A stretch of DNA of 51,172 nt from Girardia tigrina (lineage: Eukaryota), in assembly GCA_001938485.1 (NCBI GenBank), contig MQRK01237787.1:6862-58033 (forward strand), read 5' to 3'. A program made the translations under genes and the position numbers. The notes beneath the pieces are model-generated. The model saw only the letters and a program-made list of their open reading frames with translations, did no database searches and had not been told where the DNA came from. Shown here in pieces: positions 25,560 to 39,058 of this stretch (position 1 is its first letter; each line of letters opens with the position of its first letter).

Positions 25560-26265
25560 AACATTTTTTGAAAGATCATTTTAGTCCGATATTTCTCATC
25601 GAGATTTTCCATCATTTAACGCACAAAATTCTTTTACGTTGATTCCATAAATATTAAGATCTATATTAACAAGCTGTCGGGCGATTTTACTTTATGAAAT
25701 CAGTAAGAAGTTGTGACACCTATCTTGTAGAAGGTTTCTTCATTTAAGGTTCGATGGTCGATCGCCTTAGAAGTATATTAATAAGGATCGCAATCTTCTT
25801 AACAATGATACGAAGATATCCGTCAATGATTTCTTTGATTGCTTTTACATTTTCTACAGTTGATAAGGTTGTTTGTCGGCAGCTCTAGGCATCATCCTCC
25901 AATGATTGCCAAATGTTCTCGAATCTTTCCATCCACCTTTAGACGGTTTTTTGGTGTATGGCTGTATTACCAAATACAAGGGATACACTTTGCTTACTCT
26001 TAGCTGGTGATGTACCTTCCTTCCTCAGTAAAAAAGAAACATTACGTATGCACTGTGCATTCCATTTATTATGAAATATAAGAAACTGAGTGATTCATAA
26101 CACAGCCAACTGTATTCCTACATATAATCAGTTTATTACGTCTATCCTATTTTTTAATTGGTTGACATCTACGAGACCACACGAATAAGGCAGTAGTTAG
26201 CTGTAACACATACACTTATAACGGCAGTGATTTGACTTTTACCACGAACTTTTGAGATACCCTAG
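25560..26265 (-). mobile_element. mariner remnant (5' TIR plus decayed N-terminal transposase)
   Basis: TA-CTAGGGTATCTCAAAAGTTCG TIR at 26265, ATG near 26065, and FGNTAIHQKTV*RWMERF..SLEDDA*SCRQTT..TVENV HTH motif. Left boundary approximate. Confidence 0.8.
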
Positions 26266-27647
26266 TAATCGCTGAAATTCAATTCCTTGATCTCCCAAAG
26301 ATAGAGACTTACTAAGGTGTCATCTAAAATGAAAATATTTTATAAAAACCGTTCGCCATATTTTTGAAACAAATTCAGTTAGTCTTGACTCAAGACTCTT
26401 GGGAATGCTTCAAACATTGGTTGCATGTCTCAGTAAACACTTGATAAACTTTTGTTTTGCCTATCCTCTGACTGTCTCCAAAAGCCTTTAATGTTATATC
26501 TATTTCTGTATCTATAACATCCTTGCAACTATTCTCTAAAGTGCCTTGATTGCTTTTCACTGATCATTTTGAATTGTGCAATTTTATTTCAACTTTATTT
26601 CCTTTTTGAGGTCTAAATTCTGTCATCAGCTTCCTCTAATTAATTTCCATGATAATTTACTTGTTGTTTATCTTGTGTAACTTAATAAATATGGTACAAT
26701 ATTTAATGGGATTCATTGAAAATGGCAAAAAATGTGAAATATTGAATTTATAGTTTTTAATTTAACCATAGAAATTTCGATTAGAATAGGCACCCCTTTC
26801 TGATATATACCGACTACTTAATGGTTCAACTACATCAAACCAAATTGTTCGTAAATTTATTATTTTTTACATGAGTATTTTTTAGAGAATAAATTTCGAG
26901 AATCTTTTTACATCTCTTAAACCTACCTCTTCAAAATTGATAGCATTTGTCGATTATTATTGAAAAATATGTGTATGAAGTTAAAATTATTATTTGTTTT
27001 TGAAAAATCAAATTGATATAAAAAAGAAATTATTTATCTCATTTGTACGATAAAAAAGTATTTTCATAAAAGAAAACAAATTTATTTATAGATAACATTC
27101 GCAACGAACATTTACAATATTTAACTCAAACTCAAAAAAGACGAACAATTAACTCAAAAAACTCATAATAAATTACATCTGAGACGATGGAGAAAACTGT
27201 CGTTCTCGCTACGAAGGCTTTATTTTTCTTACAGCAATTATTTAAAAGCTAAATTGCATTAATTTTGCCATGAAAAAATTGTAATTGAATTCTCCAAATT
27301 ATTTAAAATTTTTATTATGCTAATTATTTTAAAAAGAATACAGGACAAAGCAGTTGTTCCATTAGTAATATTTTGTAGGTTATCTTATCCATATCAAATT
27401 TTAAGACCAAAAAAACCCTCACATGGCAAAAAATCCCCCGCGAAAAAAAATTCCACATAACAAATGACCATATAGAAAAAAAACCCGAAAAATTCCGCTC
27501 TAAAAATGTAATTACAGCTAAAACTCCATTATCATGATAGCCCACACCGTAAAAAAGCCAACATTGTAAGATAATCATAATTAATTTAGATAATAAATTT
27601 ATAATTTTGGTATGACTCACAAATCATTATAAAAAGTCTTTGTGTCG

Positions 27648-28110
27648 TGTGAGGAATATTTGGTGTATAATTGTTTTTTGTAGTGTTTGCATGTTTAAAA
27701 GTTGTATGTTGATTTGGGATTGTGCCTCTGCTAACCAGATGGATTATCAATATTTAATTTTTTATAATCTGAAACTAATTTATTTAAATTTAGATTTAAT
27801 ATTCAAATTTTTAGTTTTTATTATTGCAACTTTTAAATAATTTTAATGATTTTATTTTTGTAAATTTTTATATAATTAAAATCAAATGAATGTTTAAAAA
27901 TGTCTATAAAAATATTTTATTTTAGCCAATCAAATTTAAATTCAATATTTTTAAATAAAATATTTTTCTCAAGTATAGTTCAGATTATAATGAGAGATAT
28001 TGAAAATTGATTAATGGATTCTAGTGAAAGCAATAATATTGATCATCATAAAGATGATAAAATTTGTGAATGTAATAAATGTTCTGTCAAATGTGTGAGT
28101 TCTCTTAACA
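27648..28110 (+). mobile_element. solo LTR, family copy E
   Basis: TGTGAGGAA...CTTAACA with perfect TSD TGTCG (27643-27647/28111-28115). CAGATGG box; ATG 28014 (MDSSESNNIDHHKDDKICECNKCSVKCVSSLN). Confidence 0.92.
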
Positions 28111-28119
28111 TGTCGGAAA

Positions 28120-29320
28120 AGCGCCATTGAATAATTAAGATTTCTGCAAACAATTTTTATTGAATTATGAATGTAAGAGATACTTTAGTGTACGGGTTTT
28201 TAACTTGTGGATGTGTTCTAACATGGAAAAATAGTTATTGTAAAAACTTCTTTCTACTTTATTATTTTGTGTAATTAAAAGTTGTACAATTGTTTTCAAT
28301 GTTAGATACAACATAAGTTTCATATTCGTTGTTAACATTTGCTCATATACCCAATAAAACTGTCTAATCCGGAAGAGTAGCAGTTACTTCTTAAGGGAAT
28401 TACCAAATTCAATTTATTTGTACTGCCTTATTTTGTTTATATTATTCCTCTTATCAAATGAGGTTTTGATATCAATGGTTTGGAATTTTTTAAATTTAAT
28501 AAGTCCTTTAATTAACACTCTCTGGTCATTGAAAATTAAAGAATCCGTTTCTCTGTGTCAAGTCTTGAGGCAAACAATTTCATGTTCGTACTGCATTTGA
28601 TTGTTATTAGAGGGATGTTTCTGCAACATCAGTACATAACTTGATCAGGAGTCTTAAGCTTTCTGTGGTTTTTTTAATAAGGTCGAAAGCTCGTTCTCGC
28701 CTTTTAAATTTTCATTAAATAAGACTTTGTGATTTTCACTGTTCATTTTTGTAAATCCAGTCTCCATTCGACTCTGAAAATTCGAAAATTGCAACTGAAT
28801 ATACATTCTATGAATTTGAGAAGAAAGAGACCCATTTTGGGTAGTAATTCAGGAACTTTTTAAGTAGATGATCGCAGAGTGGTTTGCATAGCACCGTTTT
28901 GTCATCGTGGTCATCCTTCATTGTCTCGCTTGACTATAGAAAATAAATCCCTGCCCTCTCTCGTTCATTTCGTGTTATCCCGCTCCCCGTGACAGCTTTG
29001 TGTTCCTCTGGTCGCAAATCACGAAAATCCTCTTCTACAACAACTATAACAGTCAAATCGCCAAAATATCCCGATAGAGCGTTTGTGTGTAGAGAATCGA
29101 TAGCAATTGCAAAAACTTCCCTACAAAATCGATTTTTATAATCATCGATATTGTCCCAATTGAACAGAGTCATCAATTATCTTCACAAAATCACTATAAT
29201 ACGACGACAAAATTGATTTTATAACTTTCCTGGAAGTTCAATCGCAGTTGGCGGTCCTCGATTCGTAAAATAAAAATTGCGAACACATCGACCGATTGCT
29301 TTTTTTCTCGGCCACTTAAC
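28120..29320 (-). pseudogene. possible heavily decayed LTR-retrotransposon internal region
   Basis: Scattered fragments resemble RNase H (LCTDVAE) and integrase zinc-finger region (RIRQFYW) motifs. Weak. Confidence 0.3.
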
Positions 29321-30399
29321 AGTCAAACAACAGCAAATATTTGAGACAAAAATTTAAATGGTTGTATTTCTTTTATTAAAACATCTGCCAACTTTGAACG
29401 TTTAAAGAAATTCATACTTTAATAATAATTTTTTACATTTACATTTATTTTTCTTTTTTTACAAATTCAAAAAATAAATCCCATTCAATTTACCAACACC
29501 AACAAGTAAAAAAATAATTTGATGCAATTTTCCAATTTATTAATTCTATAGTAATAAACTCGAAAAATCCTCAAGTTGTGTAGATTTAGGGAAACTCTTT
29601 ATAAATTTTTGAATTAAAGATAAAAAAACATTTAAAATTAATATTCAATTATAAAAGTAAAAAATAGAAATTTATTTGTAAAATAAGTAAAGGCGGTAAA
29701 ATGTGGAATAAATTTTCAATATTCATATTATTAAAAAAATGTTTTTGATAAAATGTAAAGTAATAAAATTTGTAATTTAATAGATTTAAATGACGAATTA
29801 AATTTAAAGTAATAAAATTAGCAAATAAAATAGATTTGAAAACGAATTAAATATAAGATCTTCAAAAATATCCGAATTATCCTCAGAATGTATTCCTGAA
29901 CCTAACACAAGACATAAAATGTATTGTCAAATAACTTCTTATATTGAAACGTATAAATCAATGTTTAACCGCAATGACAAAATTTTGAACTCAGAATTCA
30001 TATAATAGCGATTATAATTAATATAAGGTTGCTATGAGCCGAATGGACGGAATGTCCGACCGATAATAAAAATCCCCCTTTGCCCGACGGGCAAATCTCG
30101 GATCACATAACAATTAAAAAACAATAAAAGTAAAAATCCAAATTTTAAAACGATCAATCGAAAATATATATTATTAAAACAAAAAAAACATTTCCAATTG
30201 TTTTTATTTTAATTATTTATAAAAATGTTCGTCCAATTATTTCGATCACCAGTTGCGAGGAAACAACAAAATTATGAATCGTAAAAATGATAAAGTTAAA
30301 TTGGATTAGAACATGTAAATATCGGATGTCAAATTCCGCAGGGAAACATTTAAATAAATTAATTCAAAATTTAAATTAAATTTAAATTTTATAAATTTG

Positions 30400-32050
30400 T
30401 GGGCACTACAAAGGTAAATATAATGATAATTCTCTTTTCGAAGACACCTTTTAATCACCTCCAATCATTCCTATGGCTCAACCTGCGGGCCACTCAGACT
30501 CAGAATCAGAAAAAAACAAGAAAAGGCAAATGAAATCCACAAACCTATTTTGATTTACGAACAGTAGGATATTGATCCCAAGATAATGAATCATATTTTG
30601 AATTTCCACCAATATTTATATTTTTTTCTCCAAAATTAATCCATTCCACAGCTTTAACTATATCAAAATGAACTCTGCTTTTCTTAGTCTCATTAAAGTG
30701 CTGATTAATTTCATTTTAGTCAGTGTCAATATCCTTTTCTCTGTCTAAAACTTGTTTCTTTTATCTTATATTCATTTTTGTGGCAATAGAATCAAATGAT
30801 TTTTTTCAAAATATTTCATTTGTCATCAATAGATTGATTTTAAGAGTTTGGACTGAATTCGTTGTTATTTCGATAATTTTCCTGCTTGTGATTTTCAGCT
30901 CTTTTTTGGAGAAAAGCTGTTGAAGTGTCTTGATGTCCAAAGTCTGGCATGACACAATTTCATATTCTATAATTATGGATGGCAAGATACCAAGAGTTAA
31001 TTTATAAACAATTCATAGACATCGTTCTTCTGTTATAAAGGGATGAAGTAACAATTAACTTTAAATGTCAGATAATTCATTAAAAAGCTTTTAACTCTAG
31101 ACATCAGAATCCTTTATCATCTTTCACAATCGGTATCCTTATCATTTCAGATGTAGATCTATTACTTGGATTTTGGTTTGCCCAAATATTTATATTAACC
31201 CGACAAAAACGTTATTGAACACCATTTGACTCCTTCTTTGATCAAAGCAGCAATTAAGATATCATCATCAGAATAAGCCAAACAAAGTACTTTAATATTT
31301 TCATTGAGGATGCCCTAATCAGCATTATTTTACAATTTATTAGAATGGGATTCATTTACGCATGAAACAGCGCATGGTTGGTGGATATCGTGAATGAAAA
31401 CCCTTTTGATTAATATTTCTTCAATAGTGTTTGATAAAGAAACATACTTTAATGAACAGTCAACATAGATTTCTCTGACAAGGCTATGTGATGTTAGAAT
31501 CTCTCTTTCAATTACAGTTTATGAATGAATTCTTTCAATTAACATTCTCATAAAAACTTCTGCGAGATTTAGGAAGCTACATGTATCGCAGCCAGCTCCT
31601 CCTCAATAGTTCTCTGTATACTGTTGTGTTCAGCGCATTTTCTCGCATGACAAAATATTTTTTATATTGAGTCAAGATTCAAGTTTATCGAGAATGCAAA
31701 CAGAAAGGATTTTTTAAATGCATTCCATAAGTGCAACCGGTCTCCATGAGCTAAATCTGTTCTAATAACTATTCTTTCCGGGTATTGGTATAAGAACACT
31801 CAAGAATGCTTATCTTCTAGAAAACTTGTTTCGTTTATTTTGTTAGTAAGAATGTCAAAACAATGACATCGAGGGCTACAAAAGTCTGTGTCTGCCTATA
31901 TCATGAATTAAAAAGGTCCACCTACAATCTATAGAGGATCTGATCAGTTGCTTTCATGAAGACTCAGAGTTTTGCTTTCTCTATATTAGAAAATCAAAAC
32001 ATTTTTTCGCTCTGTTCAGTCTCCTTGCTAAACCGTGTTAAAAATCATTG
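30400..32050 (-). pseudogene. decayed non-LTR retrotransposon RT (R2/NeSL-like, RLE-type)
   Basis: Minus-strand fragments in the expected order: VLIPIPGK, SSWRPVALMECI*KILS, CAEHN, LVREIY, CLAYSDD, KYLG, then a possible Cys/His knuckle. Many stops and frameshifts. Confidence 0.6.
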
Positions 32051-32765
32051 AACTAGATATAATTTATAAGGATTGATATAAAAGTTGAGTACTTTATTAG
32101 ACAATAATTTTAGCATATTATACTTTTCTAAAAATCTGTAGTTCCATCAAATTAAAAATTGATCCTGACAATGTTTAATCAGTATATACAAAAGCAGTTT
32201 CTTAAATTGATCAATTTTGATAAAAAATATTTCGAAAAAATTGAAGCGCTCTTACGGTTGGAAAGGTCATTGACGACAGAATTAATTTAGTGAAAATATT
32301 TTAAACAAAACCTATTCAACACTAAACATTTACAGATTATAAATTAAATTCTCCGCTTATGTTTTTTTATTTTATTTCTTTATTCTTTGATGCTTATCCT
32401 TTGATCTTAATTTGTACATCATTGTGTTGTACTATCACTAAACGGTATTGATAATCAAAAAACCTGATATGTTTTCACATTTCATTCGAATTATATCCGG
32501 ACAAAAATTTAATAAAACATTTCATCAAATTGAAATAGAAAAAAATCTTATTTTTAATTATTTTCATTATAATATAGAATATAAATTTTTCGAGAAAAAT
32601 AATTTATTTGTATATATATAAACATATTTCTAAAAATCAGAGTTTTGATTTTCCTTATCTAAGAAAGAAATTGAAATAAAATTAGATATTAATAATATGC
32701 TGAATTATTGCTTAACTGTACCTTATTATGAAGGATTTCAAAACTTTAAAGTGCATTGTTTAAGG

Positions 32766-33200
32766 CAGGGGTGGCTAACCCGGGCTTGCAGACCATACGT
32801 GGCACCATTTTATACATTTTTACAGCCCATGAAATTCATCACACTATTACAAAATATATTACAAAATAAAATTTTTTCAAAATGTATGGTTGACTTTCGA
32901 TGCAATATTGAATTGAAACACATTTTTGAAACATCAGAATCAAAAATAGATTTTTATTAAAAAAAAGAGAAATTTTCGAATTTCAGAAATCTGACACAAA
33001 ATTTTATCAGCACTTTTGGTTCGACTAACACCTTCAAATTGTTCGAAAATGAAAATAACTAAACACAAAACACGGTCAAACATAACAGACACTAATTATG
33101 ATGTACAAATACCTTAAATATAAATCGATTTGCAAGGCCGAAGTGGAAGAATGGAGAAACAAATATCGCACTAGTAAAATAAATATGTTTTAATGAATTC
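32766..33200 (+). mobile_element. internally deleted hAT (SPIN/Charlie-like) element
   Basis: Terminus CAGGGGTGGCTAACC at 32766. STFGST...KMKITKHKTRSNITD (33008-33095) matches the hAT dimerisation motif. Confidence 0.75.
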
Positions 33201-33349
33201 ATTTTTTTATTTTATTTGTATTTATATATTTCTTTACAATGTGAGTTCATTATGATTATTATTATATTATCTATGTTAATTTGTAGGAATATTAGTAAAC
33301 ACAATAATAATAAATCATTATATTTCATTTCTAACTCCATATATATATA

Positions 33350-33465
33350 CAGCTGTGGACAAAAGTCTGTTGACTTTCACATTTTCTACACATTAAGTGC
33401 ACTTTGTGGTTCTTGCCTCCAAACACCACCATGAGAAGTGAAAATTATTTAAATGTGTTGAAAGA
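33350..33465 (+). mobile_element. Tc1-like element start, internally deleted, running into the gap
   Basis: TA-CAGCTGTGGACAAAAGT TIR; LWFLPPNTTMRSENYLNVLK resembles a Tc1 DDE-domain segment. Confidence 0.7.
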
Positions 33466-34163
33466 NNNNNNNNNNNNNNNNNNNNNNNNNNNNNNNNNNN
33501 NNNNNNNNNNNNNNNNNNNNNNNNNNNNNNNNNNNNNNNNNNNNNNNNNNNNNNNNNNNNNNNNNNNNNNNNNNNNNNNNNNNNNNNNNNNNNNNNNNNN
33601 NNNNNNNNNNNNNNNNNNNNNNNNNNNNNNNNNNNNNNNNNNNNNNNNNNNNNNNNNNNNNNNNNNNNNNNNNNNNNNNNNNNNNNNNNNNNNNNNNNNN
33701 NNNNNNNNNNNNNNNNNNNNNNNNNNNNNNNNNNNNNNNNNNNNNNNNNNNNNNNNNNNNNNNNNNNNNNNNNNNNNNNNNNNNNNNNNNNNNNNNNNNN
33801 NNNNNNNNNNNNNNNNNNNNNNNNNNNNNNNNNNNNNNNNNNNNNNNNNNNNNNNNNNNNNNNNNNNNNNNNNNNNNNNNNNNNNNNNNNNNNNNNNNNN
33901 NNNNNNNNNNNNNNNNNNNNNNNNNNNNNNNNNNNNNNNNNNNNNNNNNNNNNNNNNNNNNNNNNNNNNNNNNNNNNNNNNNNNNNNNNNNNNNNNNNNN
34001 NNNNNNNNNNNNNNNNNNNNNNNNNNNNNNNNNNNNNNNNNNNNNNNNNNNNNNNNNNNNNNNNNNNNNNNNNNNNNNNNNNNNNNNNNNNNNNNNNNNN
34101 NNNNNNNNNNNNNNNNNNNNNNNNNNNNNNNNNNNNNNNNNNNNNNNNNNNNNNNNNNNNNNN
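33466..34163. other. assembly gap (N run)
   Basis: Run of N. Confidence 1.
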
Positions 34164-34169
34164 AGCGGA

Positions 34170-34350
34170 AAAAGTTTACCATTATTTAAAGGATAAATTT
34201 GATATGGAAGAGGAACGGAAAACAGTGAAAGAAGTAGTTGGAACTTGTATAGAATGTCAACAAACAAAAACATATACGTCGATAACTAAAGAAGAGACAA
34301 TCAAGATAACATCATCTGAACCGTTTGAGAAAGTATACATCGATATATAG
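34170..34350 (+). pseudogene. Gypsy-type integrase fragment (zinc-binding CxxC to first catalytic D)
   Basis: VKEVVGTCIECQQTKTYT...TSSEPFEKVYIDI*. Confidence 0.8.
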
Positions 34351-34365
34351 GAAGAAGAATACGAC

Positions 34366-34760
34366 TTTTTGCGTTTTTTATTTTTGTAATCTTCCCATTT
34401 CTTAAGCATTTCTTGCCATTTTCTCTCACGACTACGAATTATTTGAATGGGAATGATATCTCTGTCGGGGTCCGTGTACTGATTGCCCCTCAAAAACCCA
34501 AATCTATCTGGCTCGGCCCTCTCGGTGACTGGTACAGTGGCAATGATAGCATCTCCATTCTGTAGTGTTACTGTGTCCGCATTTGTGTCGAGATTATTCT
34601 GGTGATCCGAACTATCGGGATCCGTGTACTGATTGCCGCCCAGGAACTCGAATCTGTCCGTCTCGGTCGTCTCCGTCCCGACTACAACAGCCAAAATCTC
34701 GTCCCCGTTCTCGATCGCCCCCCTGTCCGCACTGTTGCCTCGATCGTCCGGTCGTGATCC
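34366..34760 (-). pseudogene. TBC1D10: TBC1D10 (EPI64-family Rab-GAP) N-terminal fragment with internal duplication
   Basis: PDRFGFLRGNQYTDPDRDIIPIQIIRSRERKWQEMLKKWEDYKNKKRKK matches the pre-TBC segment of TBC1D10A/B as I recall it (DKxGFxxGSQ...RxRExKWxxMxxxWD). No ATG and no TBC domain follow. Confidence 0.75.
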
Positions 34761-35369
34761 ACGATCTCCGATCGATCAACGCAACCGTCTCGGTCGGGTT
34801 AAAATCTTAAATGAAAATATATAATTTTTAATGCGGTCCGTTACGTTATGAGGGTTTCCCAAAGTGGCCCGTAAGATCATTTAAGTTGACCACCGCCTTA
34901 AACTATAGGGCAACTAAAAATAAATTAAATTGTAAATTATATCACGATCTCATAAAATTCAAATATGTTCAGTAATTAATTTATTACACCTTTAACACTT
35001 TGTTCTGATATTGTTTATGAATATATGTAATAATGTAGGTGTCAAATTTATCACAGGGACAGCTCCTGATCTCTGTAAATGAATTCTAGAAGATTGTCGA
35101 AAAAAGAGTAACAGAAATATTGAAGAACATATGAAAAATGTGAATTTGATATTAATGTTGATAAATTTAAGTCTGCGTAAGCATTTTGATAGTTATCTGT
35201 AGATAGTGTCGTGTGAAGTATTGTTAGTTATGCCGTGTTGCTTAAATTCAATGTTCAAAGGGCAATGTTCAACCAGTTTATTGAGAATTTTCGATAAGCA
35301 TTAGATTATATAATCATTATTCTGCGTTTATTTACTGGTGAATTAAATTAGAAGTCTGAAGATGATAAA

Positions 35370-37203
35370 TGGCTGCGTTTCACACAATTCACAAACCAAA
35401 ACTCTTTTTGTCGCAAACGGGAGTACAATTAAAACCTTTGCAAAACAAAATTTAACATAATTATTAATTAAAAACAATACCCATGGACTTTCATCATGGC
35501 TGACGAGACAAATGCACTAATCGGAGCAGATTTTTTTATCATTTTACAAACTAGTAGTAGATTGTAATCTCAGGAAAATTTAAAATCCAACTAATCAAAC
35601 AGATATGAAAAAAGAAAACAATATTACAAATATAATCGGAATAGTAAATATTCAAAGATAACTAGAATCAATACCAAAAATAACCACTTTCTACAATTCA
35701 AATAAAACTATAAACAGATAACCCATTAAGACTTTAAATGACCAAAAATTCAATCAAAACAACTGCATTAATATAGTTTTAACGAAAACTAAGAAAATAC
35801 AAAACAAATAAATACATTTGATTACAGAATTAAAAAAAAACTATTGAGAAATATTCGGAAATAACTGAAAAAAAACTAGAAACGAAATCACAAAATAAAA
35901 TATACAATCGTTACAAACGGATTACCCGTACACAAGAAAACCAGACCTTTATCACCTGAAAAATGCGAAGCCGCAAGTAAAATTTTCAATGAACATTTAG
36001 AATCCGGCATTACTGCGCCTTCAATTCCAACAGGTCTGCAGCTTTAATGATGAAACAAAAAACAAGTGGTGAATTTTGCGCAGGTTATCGTCAATTAAAT
36101 GGCATAACCAAATTATCATAACCATTGTCATTAATGAAAGACCTAACAACTAGATTTAACCAGGTAAAAATTTTCAGCAAAATAGCCTTAGAATCTGCCT
36201 ATCATCGAATTCAAATGAGTCTAGGCAAACACCATGCATGACTTGATCATTACAGTTACAAAACAATATCTCAAACAATACATTTAGAAGTATGTTGGCC
36301 ACATATGAGGAAAGACATCAAACAATTTTGATCTCAACAAAATATGTAAACACCCACAAATCGAAAAGATCAATTATCCAGAATCTAATAAACTAGAAAC
36401 TATTCACATCGACGAACAAACAAAACACAAAATACTTATTAACAATCATTGACAGACATACCAAACTGGTTCGAAGTAATGTTTTTCAGGGACATCACCA
36501 CCGACAAAATAGCAAATAAATTTCAAAAAGAATGGACCAGTAGATACGGATCACAAAAAACATTATTAGTGACCAAGGGAGACAGTTCGAAGCCGAACTT
36601 TTCAAAGCATTATACAAGATATATTAAATAAATAAAATAAGAACAACGCCACAATCGAATGAGAAAATCGAACGTTTTCACAGGATATGGAAAAAAACCT
36701 TAAGAACTAAAGGCTACGATTACAACTAGCTTGAAAAAACTTCCAGAAATCTGACTCGCTTTAAGAATTAGACCAAACGCAAAAAGCAAAAAAAATCACC
36801 ATCAGAAAAAACTATTTAAACAATACGCTAAACATACAAATTCGTATTAACAAAAAGACACACAATCGGATACAATAATAAGAGAACAAACAACAACAGA
36901 AGAAAAAATACGAAAATCTTCAAGCTTTTGTTAAAAATTTCGAAAGAAGACTTCGAGCAAAAATACAAAGGACATTACAAAATTCTCAAAATACTCAATA
37001 ATACCGATTTAATCAACATAAAACGAACAAAAGATACTTAAATTTAAGAAGAATAAAAATCAAACTGAAAGATTCATGCTCCATAATCTGGACTTCACTC
37101 AACTCTTATAACGAACTCATACATATGAAAGAATACAACAAAACACAAAAACTGACAACAATTTATTTAAAATTCACGTTCCGCTCTTTTCGGCGCGCGC
37201 TAA
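35370..37203 (+). mobile_element. decayed Ty3/Gypsy pol region (protease, RT, integrase)
   Basis: Protease LFVANGSTIKTF..PWTFIMADETNALIGADF; RT TNGLPVHKKTRPLSPEK..FSKIALESAYHRIQM; integrase ETIHID..KYLLTIIDR..WTSRYG..SDQGRQFEAELF..PQSNEKIERFHR. The order PR-RT-IN is the Gypsy arrangement. Confidence 0.88.
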
Positions 37204-38329
37204 TGTTAATTTGAGTTTTATATAATTATTATTATTTTTTCTTAGATACATCTAAATATTTTGTTGGCATTTTCAGGATGTGTATTATGTATTCCATTGT
37301 TTTATGTATAATTTTATTTTATTATTTTTTTAATTTTTCCAGATTGGTCATGAAAGAAAATTTTACTTAAAAATAGATCAAAAGAGCAAGAATTGGACAC
37401 AGAAAAAAACCCTCCAGTTATATATTATAATTATTAATTATAATTATGAGGAGATAATTTTAATTTGCATTTCGCCAAAATAGTTTATTATTTTAATTTG
37501 AAAGTTGTAAAAAAAGTAAATAAATACAAATTTTTTAAAATTAAAATCATATTATAAAGAAAACTACCAAAAATTAAATACTTATTTAAAAATTAAAAAT
37601 ATTTACAATTATAACAATTGATAAATTTTAATAAAAGTTTTGAAATAAAAATTTTTAAATCAATAATAACGGATTAAATATTATAATATTTCAAGAAATA
37701 ATTTTTTAAATAAAAGGCTTTTGGTAAATTTAAATTAATTAGTTTTAGGATAAAATTAATTAATTATTTGTATTAATTAATTGTATTAATTAGATGTTTT
37801 GAAATTTATTAAATTGTACAAATTGAAGGTTGAGAAAAATTTTAAAAAAATTGATTTTAACAAAATAATTGAATTAACAAGAAATTTGTTTGAATATGTG
37901 AATTGTTGTCATTAATAAAATTTTGGTGTTAAATTATGAGTCTTGATTTTTGTGATAATGAAAGTGTCATAGACGCTACTTACAATAATGATATTAAAAT
38001 TCGATATTGATATTGAATTTAATAAATCTTTAAAAAAACTAATGCTGATTGAAACACGACAATAAATACTTTTGAAGTCTCTGAATTGAATCAAACAAAC
38101 AACACAAAAGTTCTAATAATTATACTTAATATTTTATTTTGGATTTTAGCATCGTTTTTTATTAATTCTGTTTATTAATATAATTTTGTGTAATTGTTAT
38201 ACGACCATGATTATGTTTTCTGCATTGTTGAACAAGGTTTATCGAATAATATTTGTATTCGATTAGCTTTATTACTTTAAAGGCTACCACAGTAAATATT
38301 TCAATTAAAGATGTTTTAAAAATATGACA

Positions 38330-38720
38330 TGTTTCAATTTTTACACCACGATAAAGAATTATTAATTATCGCCGAACTACCACAAATTATAGCCGCGGTC
38401 CTCTTTAAGTCGGCCATAAAAAATTCCAAGCTCTATCCAGGTACCAGTCATCGGAAGACAAAATTCATCTATGAGAGCTTTGGGAATAGAACAAAAGCCT
38501 CTGTGAAGGCAGTCGCACTCTTTTCAAAATCAACCCGCGTTGCCTCATTAATCCTCGGAACACGGACGACACCTACCCCGTCAATGCCTGCGGCAGAACC
38601 AGCTACGTATCCTCTTAAAATGAGTCTGTGTACTCTCAATATCACTCTAGTCAACTCAAACATTCCTCCTGCCTCTATGATCCTCCGACGCAATGATCTT
38701 CAGTGTCTTCATAGTTTCGT
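38330..38720 (-). other. GC-elevated orphan coding-like segment of unknown origin
   Basis: Minus ORF 38469-38693 has protein-like composition and the plus strand is open for 163 codons. No motif recognised. Confidence 0.3.
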
Positions 38721-39058
38721 GTTATTTTCAAAGCCAAAAAATCAGAAATCCAATAACACAAAACTTTATATAATCCAAAAAAATAAGACCGAATCATATT
38801 TCAGACTTTTTTTCCAATGATTCAAACAATCACTAAACATAAAATCACGTTACAACGTTGTAAAAATATAATTTTTAAAAAATATTTTACGAAATTATAA
38901 TAAATTTAAAATATTTAAATAGCGATATTTGTCGAACTTATTATTAAATCGGTTTGAATTTTACTTGATTAATATACAATTTGTATTGATTGTCTTAAAA
39001 TTAATATTTGTATGAATACTAATTGGAGTAAGTTTCAATAGATATTGATCAATAATGT

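Noticed and set aside
33404-34273. Long ORFs of 245-274 aa in the ORF track
   Set aside because: They are artefacts of translating through the N gap.
32757-34902. Single hAT element from 32766 to ~34895 with TSD
   Set aside because: The flanks (GTTTAAGG and CCTTAAAC) are inverted rather than direct and a gap intervenes, so pairing of the two ends is unproven.
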